A DNA stretch of 64,000 nt, taken from the NCBI RefSeq assembly GCF_009914755.1, contig NC_060935.1; one strand, 5' to 3'. This DNA comes from the human T2T-CHM13v2.0 reference genome, Homo sapiens. Both the position numbers and the translations under genes were made by a program. The notes under the pieces were generated by a model that did no database searches, was not told the origin of the DNA, and was given only the letters and a program-made list of their open reading frames with translations. Below are positions 1 to 13,987 of this stretch, piece by piece; within the stretch, counting starts at the first letter, position 1; each line of letters opens with the position of its first letter.

Positions 1-384
1 ATGGACTCACTTGTACCCCAAGCCGTAGGCCTAAGTGGGCTCCCCTTAGAACTTGTCCACCCCTAAGGTAAGTGTCTGGGATTGGAATTTTTGGAAATTA
101 TTGTGAAGCAATTGGACAGGTGTCTTCAATGTCCTGGACATCACTCTTACCCACATCCCTGTTCATGAAACTATGTTTTAATTCTTTCTCAATGTGTGAA
201 GGGAGATGGGTAGGATTCTGTTTCATGTTGTATGGACAGTGATATCTCTCTGGTTCCAAAGAACCAGTGAGATGTGGAACTTGGCTGAATATTTTTGAGT
301 GATGCAATAATTTAAAAAGATATCCATGGTTTTGCAAGGAACATAAGCTACATAAGAAGGCAGTTAAAGAAAAACCAGTAACAG

Positions 385-612
385 AAAGAGCACTGGGATT
401 TGAGTCTAATTGATGTAGGTTCAAATCTCAGTTCTATCCCTTGGTAGCCAAGTTACTTATCTCCTTGAGACTTGGTTTCTTCATCTGAAAATAAATTGTC
501 ACTTCATACAGTTTTGGTGACAATTAAATGAGATAACATGGTATATGTAATATATGAAGCACTTAGCCCAGTGCCTGGCATATATTAAATACTCAATAAA
601 TGATTATTACTG
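385..612 (+). mobile_element. MIR SINE
   Basis: MIR core AAGTTACTTATCTCCTTGAGACTTGGTTTCTTCATCTGAAAAT and 3' end CAGTGCCTGGCATATATTAAATACTCAATAAATG. Confidence 0.85.
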
Positions 613-1811
613 TGATGTCTCCATTTCTAAATTAGCAAAATGAAAATAATATTAACTACTCACTAGATCAATTGAAATAATAAAGGTGTATGTGTCTGGC
701 ACATGGTAGATATTCATTCATCCATTTTTTCATCTTTAGTTTATTTGGAATCCATCAAAAGTTTACAAACCCTGGGAGTTAGGAGAAGGCCACTTTATTT
801 GGCCAACAGTCCTCTTTCATCTTAAATGGAGCAGTAGTTTTATAAAATGTTTATTTCCTTATCTAAACTGTTCTTTTTCCCCCGGGCCCTTATGTGCCTT
901 TCTGGGAGCAAAGAAACTCCAGGAATCCCAGCAAATCACTCTGCAGAGTGGCCAACAGGTGTGACATCAGAAGTCCTAATAGTGGGGCTTTGGTGAGTTT
1001 GCCTTTTTGAGGTGCCCATGGGAGAATGGATGCTATCTACCTCTACAGGAAGGAAGCAGCCACTTGGTGTTTCTGGCTTTCAGGCTGTATCCACCCCAGG
1101 TTTCAGCTGTCATTTTGGGCCAAGTTAAAGGCAGAGGGCAGATTTTGCACAAGGCCCTCTGAAGTGGGGAATAATTTGGGTCAAGTGTTCCAGCTAGGGT
1201 GAGCAGCAAGTTGCACAGTCAGCCAGCAGAAAAAGGCTGTGTGTGGAGAGGCCTGGTCCAGGCACTAATGATTCAGGTAGATTGCCAGGAAGGGCAGAGG
1301 CAACCAGGCTGGCTGTGCCTGTTCCACAGTCTCTGGGCAGTTTCTCGGCCTTCAGCTTCACTGTGGGGGAACCTAGCCTCGGAGTGTTACTGGATACCCA
1401 CCTCCCCACTGATGCCTGATCAAATTTAAATCAAACCTGCAGTTCTGGGCCCTGAAAGTTCATTTTTCCTACCCAGTGCTGAGTGAAGTTGACTTTAGGC
1501 CAGACCAAACAATATTCAGGAGGAGCCCTACCCATTCAAGATACTTTGCAACTGACAAACATTTTTAAGGTGATGGACATTTAAGACAAACCATGATAGG
1601 TCTGGAGATAAGATTTGAAAATTTGGCTGACAGTTAGCAGCCAAGGAGGGCATCTGCAGGTGGAGTTTGCAACTAGGAACTCTATAGACTCTAGCTAATT
1701 ATTGTACAGATATAGAAAAGCCTCTTTTTTGGGAAAAGGGTGATGACAAATCCAAGGTATAGTGGATAAAACAGGCACAATTTCAAGTCCAGCTGAATAA
1801 ACCTGGGCAAG

Positions 1812-2030
1812 CAGACACACACATGCATGTGTGCATGCTGTCAGTGCTACCACATACACTTCCATCCCTCATACAGAGAGTTCACCTAGCACCTAGACAC
1901 ACCCCCTACATCCACCACACTCTCCCCACAGACACCCTGTCCTCCCCACCGTACAGACCAACCACACACAGCACAGACCCCTCCCTCTTCTCCCATGCAC
2001 ACATCATACACACAGCCATCAGATAAACAC
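1812..2030. repeat. Degenerate CA/CCA-rich low-complexity tract
   Basis: Many CACA/CCAC/ACAGAC runs, strongly C/A-biased strand. Confidence 0.6.
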
Positions 2031-3060
2031 AGTCCCCTTAGGAAGCCGATTAATAAAACTATTTTATCTATAATTACACTTGACTGATAATAATGTCCTC
2101 AGAGCCTGCATGGTTAGATTGGCTCAGATTGTAACATCCAGATTACAGCTGAACTCCCTTTGAACTCTGGCCACATTGCTGGTCTCTCCAGCTCAGAGAT
2201 TACAGATGGCTTTAGGTGGATTCACCCCACGGAACCAAGAAGGTAAGTAGAATTCCAGCTCTCCTTGCTTTTCTTTTCTCTCCAAGCCTGTACAGATGAT
2301 GCGATCTCTGAAAATACATGGCCAAATACAAGAGGAAGGCCGAAATCAAATAACCTCCTCCAACCCACCCTTGTGTATCCTGGTGGGTCACCTTGCAAAC
2401 CAGCGTCAACCTCAGATTCCACAGAGGAGGTTGCCTGGAATGCTCTCTTGAAGACTGACATTTGAAAATAATCAGTTTAATTTCTGGGTCTTGGGATCTT
2501 GGGGACGGACTCCAGTGAGCCATAATTAACTCTTTAAAGTCTTCACCGTGTGCTGCAAATAGTAAAATATCTTATTCTTTATGATGTAATGCTGAATGGA
2601 GGCAGCAAGGAGGCTTTTCAGGCTAATTACATGTTGGAACGAGGTTAATGACATGCCGGAGATTCTTTGCGTGGCTACCCTGACATTGACAAGTCAGTCG
2701 GTAACATGCTAGGGCTAAAGACAGCGACTACTTTTAAAGAAGGCATGCGTCTGGAAACAGCTAGACAGGCCCCTAATCTGGCCCCTCTCCTGTCCGCCAC
2801 CCCCCCGGCCCCGACCCCACTTCCCATTTTTCGGGAATTAAGAAATCTTGATTTTAAACTGGCGTTCAATACCAAGGGCCTGGAGATTTGGATCGGCATC
2901 CTCATGAGTCTCAGCTCTATCTTATGCTTTTTACAGCAGCTGAATTTAGCCAAGGATGCAAACAAAAGTCCACTATCTAAGCGGATGTTTTTGGGCTGAG
3001 CAGAAGGCACGTCTGTACAGACAAGCAAGGTATGCATCAATATGAATGACTGGATCACAG
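2021..3060. promoter_or_regulatory. Candidate distal enhancer (repeat-free, motif-dense)
   Basis: No recognisable TE; AGATAAACA 2021, TAATTA 2071/2523/2624, TGATGTAAT 2582, CATG-core p53/p63-type half-sites 2629/2650/2703/2741, TTGCGTG 2667, TGACA 2681/2687; locally retained CpGs. Function is inferred. Confidence 0.4.
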
Positions 3061-4099
3061 TAAAATGCCCAAGACACGGGAATGAGTTCTGATTCTAGCC
3101 AACTGAATGAGCTCACATTCTGGTCCCACTCTGCAGGTGGGCACACTGGCATCTCAAAATCATGCAAGGAGACCCGACATCTGTTTCCATTCTTCTACCT
3201 GGGGCCAGGCCATACGTTAGCCACATGCAGAGCTGTCTCCAAGAGACTCCAGCCCAAGCTCCAGTGTGCCGTGCATAGCTTTGTGACTCCCGGCATTCCC
3301 TATCTGGATGAAATTGGGTAAAAGTAAAAATGCATCACACAGGCAGACTAAATAGGAAAAAGTAGCTATGAAAGATGGTCCTGCTTCCTAAAGAGGGTTG
3401 TCCCACCCCTTAGGAGGGCATTGGGGGCTGGCTTGCAGGCTAAGGTGTAAGGAAAAGGGCCTTAGTTTCCTTGCCACTTGCTAGGAGAGCCATCTCTTCT
3501 TCCTCCCTGGCAGATGGCTTGGGGCAAGGGCAGCTTTGCCCGCTGGACCCCAGCATTTCCTCTCCCCCCAGGTGCCCTTTCCTCTCCCTGCACACTCAGA
3601 CCCGCACAGCACCCACCTCAGCTCCTTCGTCCCACCAGGCTGGGCTGGACTCGGGTCCTCCAATGTAGTCATCACCCAGCCCTGTGAGGGCCCCGGCTGG
3701 ATCGACCCCTCCTCCTCAGTGAGAAGGACACTGCATGGCTGCCTCCAGGCAGGGGACACCACCCCTGGGTGTCCCGGCCCCGAGCAGCCTCCCAGGCGCA
3801 GCAGGGTCCTGGAGTGGCAGCTGACAGACGGCTCTTCCACCTCCACAATGCCCAGGGGTCAGCAGAGGGTTAGGCAAGTCTTTCGTTTTGACATGAGCTA
3901 CCACGGAGAGAGACAGCCAGAGAGAGACTTTTGCTCTGTGGTGAGTGGCTGAAGTCTCCGTGTGCTGCTGATGGGTCTGTGGTCTCCAGTGGAGGTGAGG
4001 TGTGCAGCGTCTGGAGGAGCCAGAAAGAAATGTGTCAGACAGGGCTTGTCAGTACCTCAGCACCCTGCCAAATAGTAATTATCACAGCCTCGTGCCACT

Positions 4100-4230
4100 C
4101 AGGAGAGGGAGGGCAATATTTGTATCCCCATTTTATAGAAGGGCAAGTGGAGGCCTAGGGAGGTCAGACAACCACTTTAGCCAGTCAGTCAGAGGCTAAA
4201 CTTGGTCCTGAGTGGGGCTGACTCAGAAGT
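4100..4230 (-). mobile_element. MIR fragment
   Basis: TATCCCCATTTTATAGAAGGGCAAGTGGAGGCCTAGGGAGG = reverse MIR core. Confidence 0.7.
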
Positions 4231-4250
4231 TACCACTGGAGCTTGGGTAA

Positions 4251-4701
<451 letters not shown>

Positions 4702-4799
4702 CCCTGACTCTATTTTTTATTCTGGCCTACCTGACATTTGTCTAGAGCCCAGTTTCCCTCCCTGGGAACATGAGCCTCCTGAAATACCTTGCAAAGAAA

Positions 4800-5025
4800 A
4801 ATTTCCTTGGGCAGCTAAGTTAGGAGGCGCTGACCTCCATATTCCCTGCTTGGGGTTCACAAAGCGTATCAGCTTATTAAAAGCTCCAAGAAGCCTTTCA
4901 GTAAAGAAACCTGTTTAATTTTGCTTAGCCCAGCATTTTCCAAACTTATTTAGGCAACTCTTTCTCGTAACACCCATTAGCATACCACCCAGCTAGTGTT
5001 CCACCAGACGCACATTGGGAAATCC
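4800..5025. mobile_element. Ancient hAT-Charlie MITE (MER103-like)
   Basis: CAGCATTTTCCAAACTTATTT...TGTTCCAC..CACATTGGGAAAT terminal motifs; a similar relic flanks the Alu at 6260-6800. Confidence 0.4.
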
Positions 5026-5350
5026 TCATTGAGATAGTCCACTCCCCAAGAGAAGGGACTGTGCCTGTTTCACTAGCCGGTGTGTTCCCTGCACCACCCA
5101 CTTGTGGCAGGCTCGGTATGTTGGGCAGATCTGAGCAGCGCCTTCATTTCCCTAGTTTCTCAGGCATGAAGCTTGAGGTCCTCTTGAACACTCATTCCCC
5201 AAGCCCTTGCATGAAACCAGCCACCATGTCACATTGACTGTAATGTTTCTTTCATATTTATCCCTCTTTTCTTACAGTCAGTGTCAGATTATCTATCACC
5301 TCCACAGAGAGGCCTTTCCTCACCACCCTCTCTAAAATAGCACCTCCTGT

Positions 5351-5447
5351 CAGGGTGGCCATGTTGCTCAATCCCAAGGGTGCCATTTCCATAGACCACA
5401 ATGCAATGGGTGCTTTTTGGAATTGTGCACATTGGATGGCTGCCCTC
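5351..5447. mobile_element. MER91-like hAT-Tip100 MITE
   Basis: Quasi-palindromic CAGGGTGGCC..GGGTGCCATTTCCATAGACCACAATGCAATGGGTGC..GGAATTGTGCA..GGCTGCCCT. Confidence 0.7.
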
Positions 5448-5889
5448 ATCGTTCTCAGGGTCCCTATTTCACTTTCGTTTTCTTCAGGGTGCATTCCACT
5501 ATTTGACATTGTATTTGCTTATATATTTATTTGCTTATTGATCATCTTCTGGACATCAACTAGTTGTTATGCAGGCTGTTCACTACATATAGGGATAGGT
5601 CAGTCATTGCCTTGTGTCTTTTTGTTTCATTCCTGAATCCGCACCTGGAGGGCAAATCCCTGCACCTGATAAGGGAACAGAGGCAGAAATGCACACCGAG
5701 CTCTGCCTCCCAGGCCAAGCGTTCCATAAAAAGGTTTTTATTCACTTTGCACAAGGGGCATATCTACTTGTCCAACTACACACCTGTGAGCTCTGTCTGC
5801 CCAGAGGAAGACCCTCTGTCTAATTTACACAGAGGCACCAGGTGGGCTAACTTCATGATCTCTTCTATAGAAGGTAAGCTCCATGAGTT

Positions 5890-6016
5890 GGGTGACTGTT
5901 TATTAACTTCACCAAAACACTTTTGAGAATAAATATGGCACTATTTAATAGTGATATAGGGCCAAAAAACAGAAATTGGGACTGTCCTAGGCAAACCAGA
6001 ACATGTTTTTGCCCTG
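5890..6016. mobile_element. MER81 (hAT-Blackjack MITE) inserted in an L2 3' end
   Basis: GGGTGACT..ACACTTTTGAGA..GGCACTATTTAATA..GGGACTGTCCTAGGCAAACCAGAACATG..GCCCT; flanks rejoin as L2 (GTAAGCTCCATGAG / TAGAACAGTACCTGGCACAT). Confidence 0.7.
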
Positions 6017-6313
6017 TCCATGTGGAGTGGACTTTGTTTTGGTTTTTACACTATCCTCATTTTCTAGAACAGTACCTGGCACATCATATTTGTGGCTTAC
6101 TAATTGAGGGAATGACTCCTGCTATATTCCCCAAACTGGGCTCCCTGTTTCAAGTCCCTCCCCTTTGCCAATCTATACTATCAGGTTAATCCTAACATGT
6201 CATTGTGTATGCATAAACCTCCCACTCCAGCATTTTTAAAACTTCCCATTTTCTGCAGCTCTATTTCCCAAAGTGTCATCAGAGTGATGTATTAAAAAAA
6301 AAAAGGGAAAAGG

Positions 6314-6618
6314 GGCTGGCTGTGGTGGCTCATGCCTGTAATCCCAGCACTTTGGGAGGTTGAGGGGAGTGGATTGCTTGAACCCAAGAGTTCGAGACCA
6401 GCCTTGGCTACATGAGGAAACCCTGTCTCTACTTAAAACACAAAAATTAGCTTGGCGTGGTGGTGCGTGCCTGTATTCCCAGCTACTTGGGAGGTTGAGG
6501 CACTAAGATCCTTTGAAAACTCAGGAGGCAGAGGTTGCAGTGAGCTGAGATCATGCCACTGCCCTTCAAACTGGATGACAGAGTGAGACTTGGTGTCCAC
6601 AAAAAAAAAAAAAAAAAA
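6314..6618 (+). mobile_element. Alu (old, AluJ/Sz-like)
   Basis: GGCTGGCTGTGGTGGCTCATGCCTGTAATCCCAGC...GGATTGCTTGAACCCAAGAG...poly(A). Confidence 0.93.
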
Positions 6619-6904
6619 GGGTGCTATGTATTAATACTTGGGCACACTTGGATATCCACAGTGATATGGTAAATGTGTATGAAAGAACTACAGGAAAAAA
6701 ACGTTAAACTTTGTTTAGGCCAGTATTCCAAAAGTGTCCTTAGCATGACATTCCTGTTTTTGACCTAGTACATCCCATGGAGTTGGATGGGAATACTCTT
6801 CAGTAGGCCAAAGTCCTTAGTTTGATATTCAAAGGCAATAGCAGTTGAACCCACATATTTCTCCATACTGAGCTCCTGCAAGTGCCCCTGCAGGAGCCCT
6901 TGGT

Positions 6905-7110
6905 CCCTTCACTCATTCAATGAATATCTTCTGAGCAGAAGATGTCCCAGATGCTGGGAGCACTGTGGGGAATGCAATAGACAAGGTCTCTGTCTTGGTG
7001 GAGCTCATAGTCTAGATGACAAGGAAGAAAATCAAAGTCTCTGTTTTAGCTGGACTGGTCGGGGAAGGCCTCTCTGAAGAGGTGACCTTTGGGCAGGAGC
7101 CTGAATGACC
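6905..7110 (-). mobile_element. L2 LINE 3' fragment
   Basis: TTCACTCATTCAATGAATATC...GGAGCTCATAGTCTAG...GGGAAGGCCTCTCTGAAGAGGTGAC. Confidence 0.75.
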
Positions 7111-7186
7111 TTGGTGTCAGCTAAATTGATTTGCTGTCTATTCCCGGAAGACACCCCATGCATTCCTGTCTGTCTCTGAGCTTTAG

Positions 7187-7670
<484 letters not shown>

Positions 7671-8795
7671 TCCACTCATCTAAATCTTATTCCCACACAG
7701 CCTCATGGTCTTCTTTAGTCTAACTTTCCCCGCAGTTTTCCTGGAGCCCTCACGGCCTCCACCGACATCTCAATTACTCCAAAACATTGAGTACATCACA
7801 TTTTTGGCCCTTAGCTCAGGCCACCGGGCTTGCCTTGTGTCTCTTTTTTTGTACATTCCCTGAATCCCATTCCCTGAATCCACATCTGGGTTGTAAAACC
7901 CTACAAGCATTAGGAGCTCAATTTATTTCTGTTTGTTGATAATGAAGAGATATTCTTCACCAAGGCTAGATGAGGAATGGCAAAAGGCTTTTCTCTCACA
8001 TGTCAAATTGGACCAATGGCCATGGATGCCCAAGGAGCTGTGTTTAGAAGGCTCTTGTTGCTCCATGTAAAGATTGTCACAATCAATTTGCAATGTGCGT
8101 GTGTATGTGTGCACGTGTGTGTGTGGCAGGCGGAGCATAATCGCATCAATTCATCATTCTTAAACTAGACCCTGTAGAGATTTAGTGCTATTTGCTTAAA
8201 TGGGATTAAGGGGTATGTTGTGTGGAAGGGGTTCTCAGGTGGGAGACTGGGTAATAAATCTCACTCAGGTGCTCAGCCTCTGGCTCTGGTGCTCAGCAAT
8301 GTTCCCAGTGCCAGAAGGGAGAAGAGCAAAATGACAAGAGATCCTGTCTTAAAACGTCAGTGTCTGGCTTCACGTTGCTGTGAAGTGGCTGCAGAAATGA
8401 AACTGGGTGGGAGGGCACCGAGAGTGAGAATTCTTCATGTATTTACCCTCTTTGGATGGAGACAGACCAAGAAAACTGAAACCCCCTCCTGTGCTATAAT
8501 ATTGGACTCCAGGAAAGTGTTAGCTTCCTAGCTTTAAAGGGAGAAGAAAATATCTTTTTTGGCATCTGAAAACAGTAGTAATAAAAAATAACAAAGAAAA
8601 ATTAAAGAGGAAAGAAACCACTTATAATTTCTCACACTGAACACAGTGCCTACTCTGGGCAGTTTATTCATTCTTTCAACAAATATTTACTTTGTGTCCA
8701 TCATGAGCCAGGCAGTGGGGATTCCAACTAAAATCATGTGCGAACTAGTGAGTCCTTAAAAAGAAAACATGAAGTTTCTTTTTGTTGATTATAAG

Positions 8796-9277
8796 GTGAA
8801 TTGGGCTGAAAGGTGGATCCCCAAAAGATCTGTCCATGTCCTAATCCCCTGGAACCTGTGAATATTACATTATGTGGTCAGGAGTAAGTAAGATGTGTTT
8901 AAATTCAGGATCTTGAGAAAAAGAGTTTATCCTGGATGATCTGGGTGGGTCCTAAATGCAGTCACATGTATCCTTATAAGAGTGAGGCAGAGGGATTTTA
9001 CAGACAGACACTTGGAAGAAGAGAAGGTGAGGAGAAGCCATGTGATGTGGAGGCAGAGAAATGAGTATGTGGACACAAGTCAAGGAATGCTGGCAGCCAC
9101 CAGAAACGGAAGAGGCAAGGAAGGGGCTCCCTGCTAGAGCCTTTGGAGGGATCATGGCCATGCTGATATCTTGTTTTGGGACTTTTGGCCTCCAGAACTG
9201 TGAGAAAATAAATTTCTGTTTTCGTAAGCCACTAAATTTGTGATAATTTGTTATGGCAGCCCTGGGAATCTAACACA
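8796..9277 (+). mobile_element. MaLR solo LTR (MLT1C/MLT1D)
   Basis: CCCCAAAAGATCTGTCCATGTCCTAATCCCCTGGAACCTGTGAAT...CCTCCAGAACTGTGAGAAAATAAATTTCTGTT...GGAATCTAACACA. Confidence 0.9.
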
Positions 9278-10198
9278 AAAAATGGAGACAAGGCCAAAGA
9301 AGACAAGAAAAGTCACAGTAATTCTGCTTCACATAGTGAAGGTTCACACACATGCACACTCATATTCACACACACACAATGGGATTATTCTGAATACCTT
9401 TCCATGCTTTTTTGCTCTTCACCATAATTGTAACAGCTTCCATGCTATTCTGTTTTATGAGTGTGCTTCCATTTATTTAACTAATTTCTTAGTGTCAGAT
9501 GTTTAGGCTGCTTCCACTTTCCACTGTTACAGGCAACACTGCACAATCTTTTCCATGATAGCTCCTGGGGGCAGGGTGGGGTAGGAGTACAGGGTAAGCC
9601 TCCCAAAGCCCAGCCAGTGAACCAGTGATGGATGAGTCTCTGGGGTTGGGACGGAGGTGGTGGGCAGGCAAGGCCAAGCTCATTAGCATGATAGAGTGGT
9701 TTCAAACCCCACAACAATATCTATTTTAAAAAATTAATAGGATCAAGGAAATATTTATGTCCCAAAGGAGAAGAGCAATAGGGTGTTTTCAGCTTTGGAT
9801 CCAGAGAAAGATAGGTGACGCAGTGAATGTAGATTTGTTGATATGCGATGGTGTTGCTTGGAATAAACATTGGTTAGAAGCTGCCTGTTGCTTCAGACCT
9901 GCCCCACCCTATAGGATGAAAAACTAACAAAGCCATTCCCTGCAAGAAACACATTCCTCATCCAAGGGGCATGGATGATATTGATGTGGCCTTCAGAGGA
10001 ATTTGGAACTGTCATCAAATGCTCCATAGGAAAGAATATGCATTACTTTTGTAGTCAGGAAGAAGACAGTTTGTGTTTCGTTTGTACACAGATGCTGTCT
10101 TGTGTGTTATTATGCCTCCATATTTCCAATTGGCAGAGGGGTGGCCTGAGTTGGAGAAGGGAAAAACAAATGGACTTGAACTTGAAAAGAAATGGTCA

Positions 10199-10582
10199 GG
10201 GAATAAAATTTGGACACATGCTACAACATGGATGAACCTTGAAGACATTACGCTAAGTGAAAAAGGCAACCACAAAAAGACAAATACTGTATGATTGCAC
10301 TTACATGAGATGCTGAGAAGAGTCAATCCATCGAAATAGAGAATAGAATGGTAGTTGCTGGTGTGGGACAGTGGAGGAGGAATGCGGGGGCAGGGGATGT
10401 TGGTGTTGTTTAATAGGTACAGAGTTTCAGTTTGGGATGATTAAAATGTTCTAGAGAGGGATGGGGATGATGGTTGCACAGCATTGTGAATATACGCCAC
10501 ATTGCTGAAGTGCATATCTAAGAAGGGTTAAAATGGAAAATTGTGTGTTATATATATTTTATCACGATTAAAAAAGAAAAGA
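10199..10582 (+). mobile_element. L1MB-type 3' UTR fragment
   Basis: ACACATGCTACAACATGGATGAACCTTGAAGACATTA..GGTACAGAGTTTCAGTTTGGGATGA..A-tail; TSD-like GAAATGGTCAG/GAAATAGTCAG. Confidence 0.88.
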
Positions 10583-10689
10583 AAAGGAAATAGTCAGAGC
10601 TCATCTAGGAATCCCAGACAAGAAGATGGGAAAAAAACAGGAGATAATAGCAAGAGCTACAGGGCCACATAGACAGGAAAAACAGAGCA

Positions 10690-11110
10690 ATGACTCACCT
10701 TTATGTGCTAAGTGTTTTATATATTTACTCCATGAATCTCATAACAACTCCATGAGGCAGATCATTATTTTCCCTATTTTATAAGGGGGGAACTGAGATT
10801 TAGTGAGGTCTAGTAGCTTCCCAAGGTGGCATTGAGCAGAGCTGGAATTCAAACCCAGGTCTGATATGTCCAAAATCTGCTTTGATGACATTTATAGAGC
10901 CTTTTCTACTACAGGATGTCCTTTGTGTATTTGTTTCACCTAATCCACATAAGAACTGGGTCAATTTGTTATTATCATCCCATTTTATAGATGAAGAAAC
11001 TAAGACAAAGATTAGGAGATTTCCCTAACTGCATGTAGCTAATGAGTAGTAGAGTCTGTATCTGAACCCAGGCTTGCCTGGATTTGAAACCTATGTGAGG
11101 TTTTTCTATG
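10690..11110 (-). mobile_element. Two adjacent MIR elements
   Basis: Two reverse MIR cores (CCCTATTTTATAAGGGGGAACTGAG ~10772; CCCATTTTATAGATGAAGAAACTAAG ~10979). Confidence 0.8.
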
Positions 11111-11124
11111 GTTTGCTGGCTTAG

Positions 11125-11525
<401 letters not shown>

Positions 11526-11971
11526 TGTAGTTTGATGTTTTAAGATGGTCTCTGGCTTATAGGGCCTCTTCTCCAACTTCTTAGAAGTCGTTCAAGTCCT
11601 TGCCTTAGAAGGCAAGTCCTGACTTCATTGTTTTTCTGAGGACTCCTGACTCCAAAACAATCTTTACTTGAGAAATAAGTGCTCCCTGAGATATTGCATT
11701 AGAAGGATCTATTGACTCATCTGTCTTGTTTACCAGGTTGTAAGCTCTAAGAGGGTGTAGGTTCTGCCTGATTTATCTCAGTGCCTAGCAGTATGCTCGA
11801 CTCATAGGAGGGGATCATTAAATAGTTGTTGAGAGAATGAATAAGCCAAAGGGACAAATAAAAGCTTCTTTATTAACGCTTCAAGATGAGCCTTCTCTGG
11901 TTCAAAAATGAAATGTTCCAGGAAGAACACCAGCCACCTTTTCCTCTGATTTTGGTGTTCACCTCTATTCA

Positions 11972-12343
<372 letters not shown>

Positions 12344-12616
12344 AGAAATAATAGGTTCAATTCCTGTTTTAAAGGAGCTTACAGTCTAGACGGGTGATGC
12401 AAAATTATACACGAATCCCATAAATAGTGTCCTGTTGAGTCTGTTGAGTGTTCTGAAGAGAGATGAAATTTCTGGAGAAAAACGAGAATAGAGACATAGT
12501 GAAGTTGTTAAGACCCCCAGGCCTTAGCATCTAGGATGCCTACTGGCTTTGTGGCCCTGGAATATTACCGAAATTCTCTGACTCAGTTTCCTCATGTGGA
12601 GAAAAAAGGGGGGCTT

Positions 12617-13051
12617 AATAGATGGAATCACATGCCTCCCAAAAGATGTTGAAGTTCTAACCATCAGTACCCGTGAATGTGAAACAGGGTCTTTGCAGAT
12701 GATCAAGTTAAGATGAAGTTCTTAAGGTTAGTTCTAATCCAATATCTATCCAATATCTAAGTTGAGTTGTCCTTATAAGAAGGGAAATTTGGAAACAGAG
12801 ACAGACATGTACAGAGAGAAGACGAAGTGAAGACACAGGGAGAAGATGGTCATCTCCAAGCCAAGGAATGCCTAGGGCTTGGGGAGTGGCCTGGAACAGA
12901 CTTTCCCTCACAGCCTTCAGGAGGAACCAGCCAGACTGACACCTTGACTTTGGACATCTTGCCTCTAGAACAGCAAGAGAATTCATGACTGTTGTTTAAG
13001 CTACCTAGTTTTTATGAGTCTTTGTTACGGCAGCCTTAGCCATCAAATACA
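12617..13051 (+). mobile_element. MaLR solo LTR (MLT1B/C)
   Basis: GATGTTGAAGTTCTAACC..AGGGTCTTTGCAGATGATCAAGTTAAGATGA..GTCCTTATAAGAAGGGAAATTTGG..TTTGTTACGGCAGCC..AATACA. Confidence 0.88.
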
Positions 13052-13763
13052 GGGGGCAATAACCGTACTTATTTCCCGGAGATGTGAGGATCTGGGAGAT
13101 GATGTAAGAGCCTAGCACCATCATTGGCCAGTGTATATCCTTGACAATGGGGGCAGGATGACTACTTTTGATCTTAGGGAATCGGGAAGGCCTCACAGAG
13201 GTGGTAGCATTTGGATTGAGGCATGAAGGCGGGTAGGGTGTCAGGATTGGGCAGATGCAGAGGAAGGCTTCATTACACTGTCATTTGCAATGCCATTTTG
13301 GTCCCATAGAGGACACAGGCCCAGAGGCAAGTAGCCACTGGGTGATGCAGGGGATCTCAGTAATTCTTACCTGGCCAGTATTCCTTTTCTCTTCTTCTGG
13401 CAACACTCATTTTTCCTTTATCAAAGTCGCTTCTCCCTGCTCCAATCACTTCTTGGCCCTTCTCCAGGATGGCCAATGAGAGTTCTCCAATTTCCTGGGT
13501 CTCATGATGAGCCCAGAAGGGAGCATATGCTCCAACAGGGTCAATCAGAGTTCTCACTAGGGACAGATAGAGGTCCTGAGAAAGGGAGGGTTTCTCTTCC
13601 TCTGGGAGAAGAAATAGTGAGGACAATAAACTTGGTGAATCTCGGGGACATTTTCCCTGACTACCTGGAGGAAGCCATCATCAGATGAGGGAAGGAGGCT
13701 AATGTGCAAAGAGCAGTAAATCTGAGAGAAGGAGAGTGATGGAGATGTGGAGATGGATGGATG

Positions 13764-13778
13764 GAGAGAGAGACAGAG

Positions 13779-13821
<43 letters not shown>
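13764..13821. repeat. (GA)n microsatellite
   Basis: GAGAGAGAGACAGAGACTGAGAGAGAG... run. Confidence 0.9.
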
Positions 13822-13987
13822 TAGTTTTCTGGTCTCTACTTATAAAGGCACTAATCCCATCGTGAGGGCCCCACCCTCATGACCTTATCTATATCTAGTT
13901 ACCTCAAGTCCCATGTCCAAATACCATCACGCTGGAAGTCAGGGCTTCAATATATGAATTTTGGGGAACACAATTCAGTCCATAGCA
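13822..13987 (-). mobile_element. MLT1A LTR fragment
   Basis: CTTATAAAGGCACTAATCCCATCGTGAGGGCCCCACCCTCATGACC..GGGGAACACAATTCAGTCCATAGCA. Confidence 0.85.

Noticed and set aside
2667-3058. Overlapping 110-aa and 127-aa ORFs in the motif-dense block
   Set aside because: No homology recognised, the + ORF starts at TTG, and antisense overlap is typical of chance ORFs; a regulatory reading fits better.
6872-6897. 9-bp stem hairpin GCTCCTGCA/TGCAGGAGC (similar 8-bp stems at 42411 and 61880)
   Set aside because: Short stems like this are expected by chance; no miRNA-length hairpin is present.
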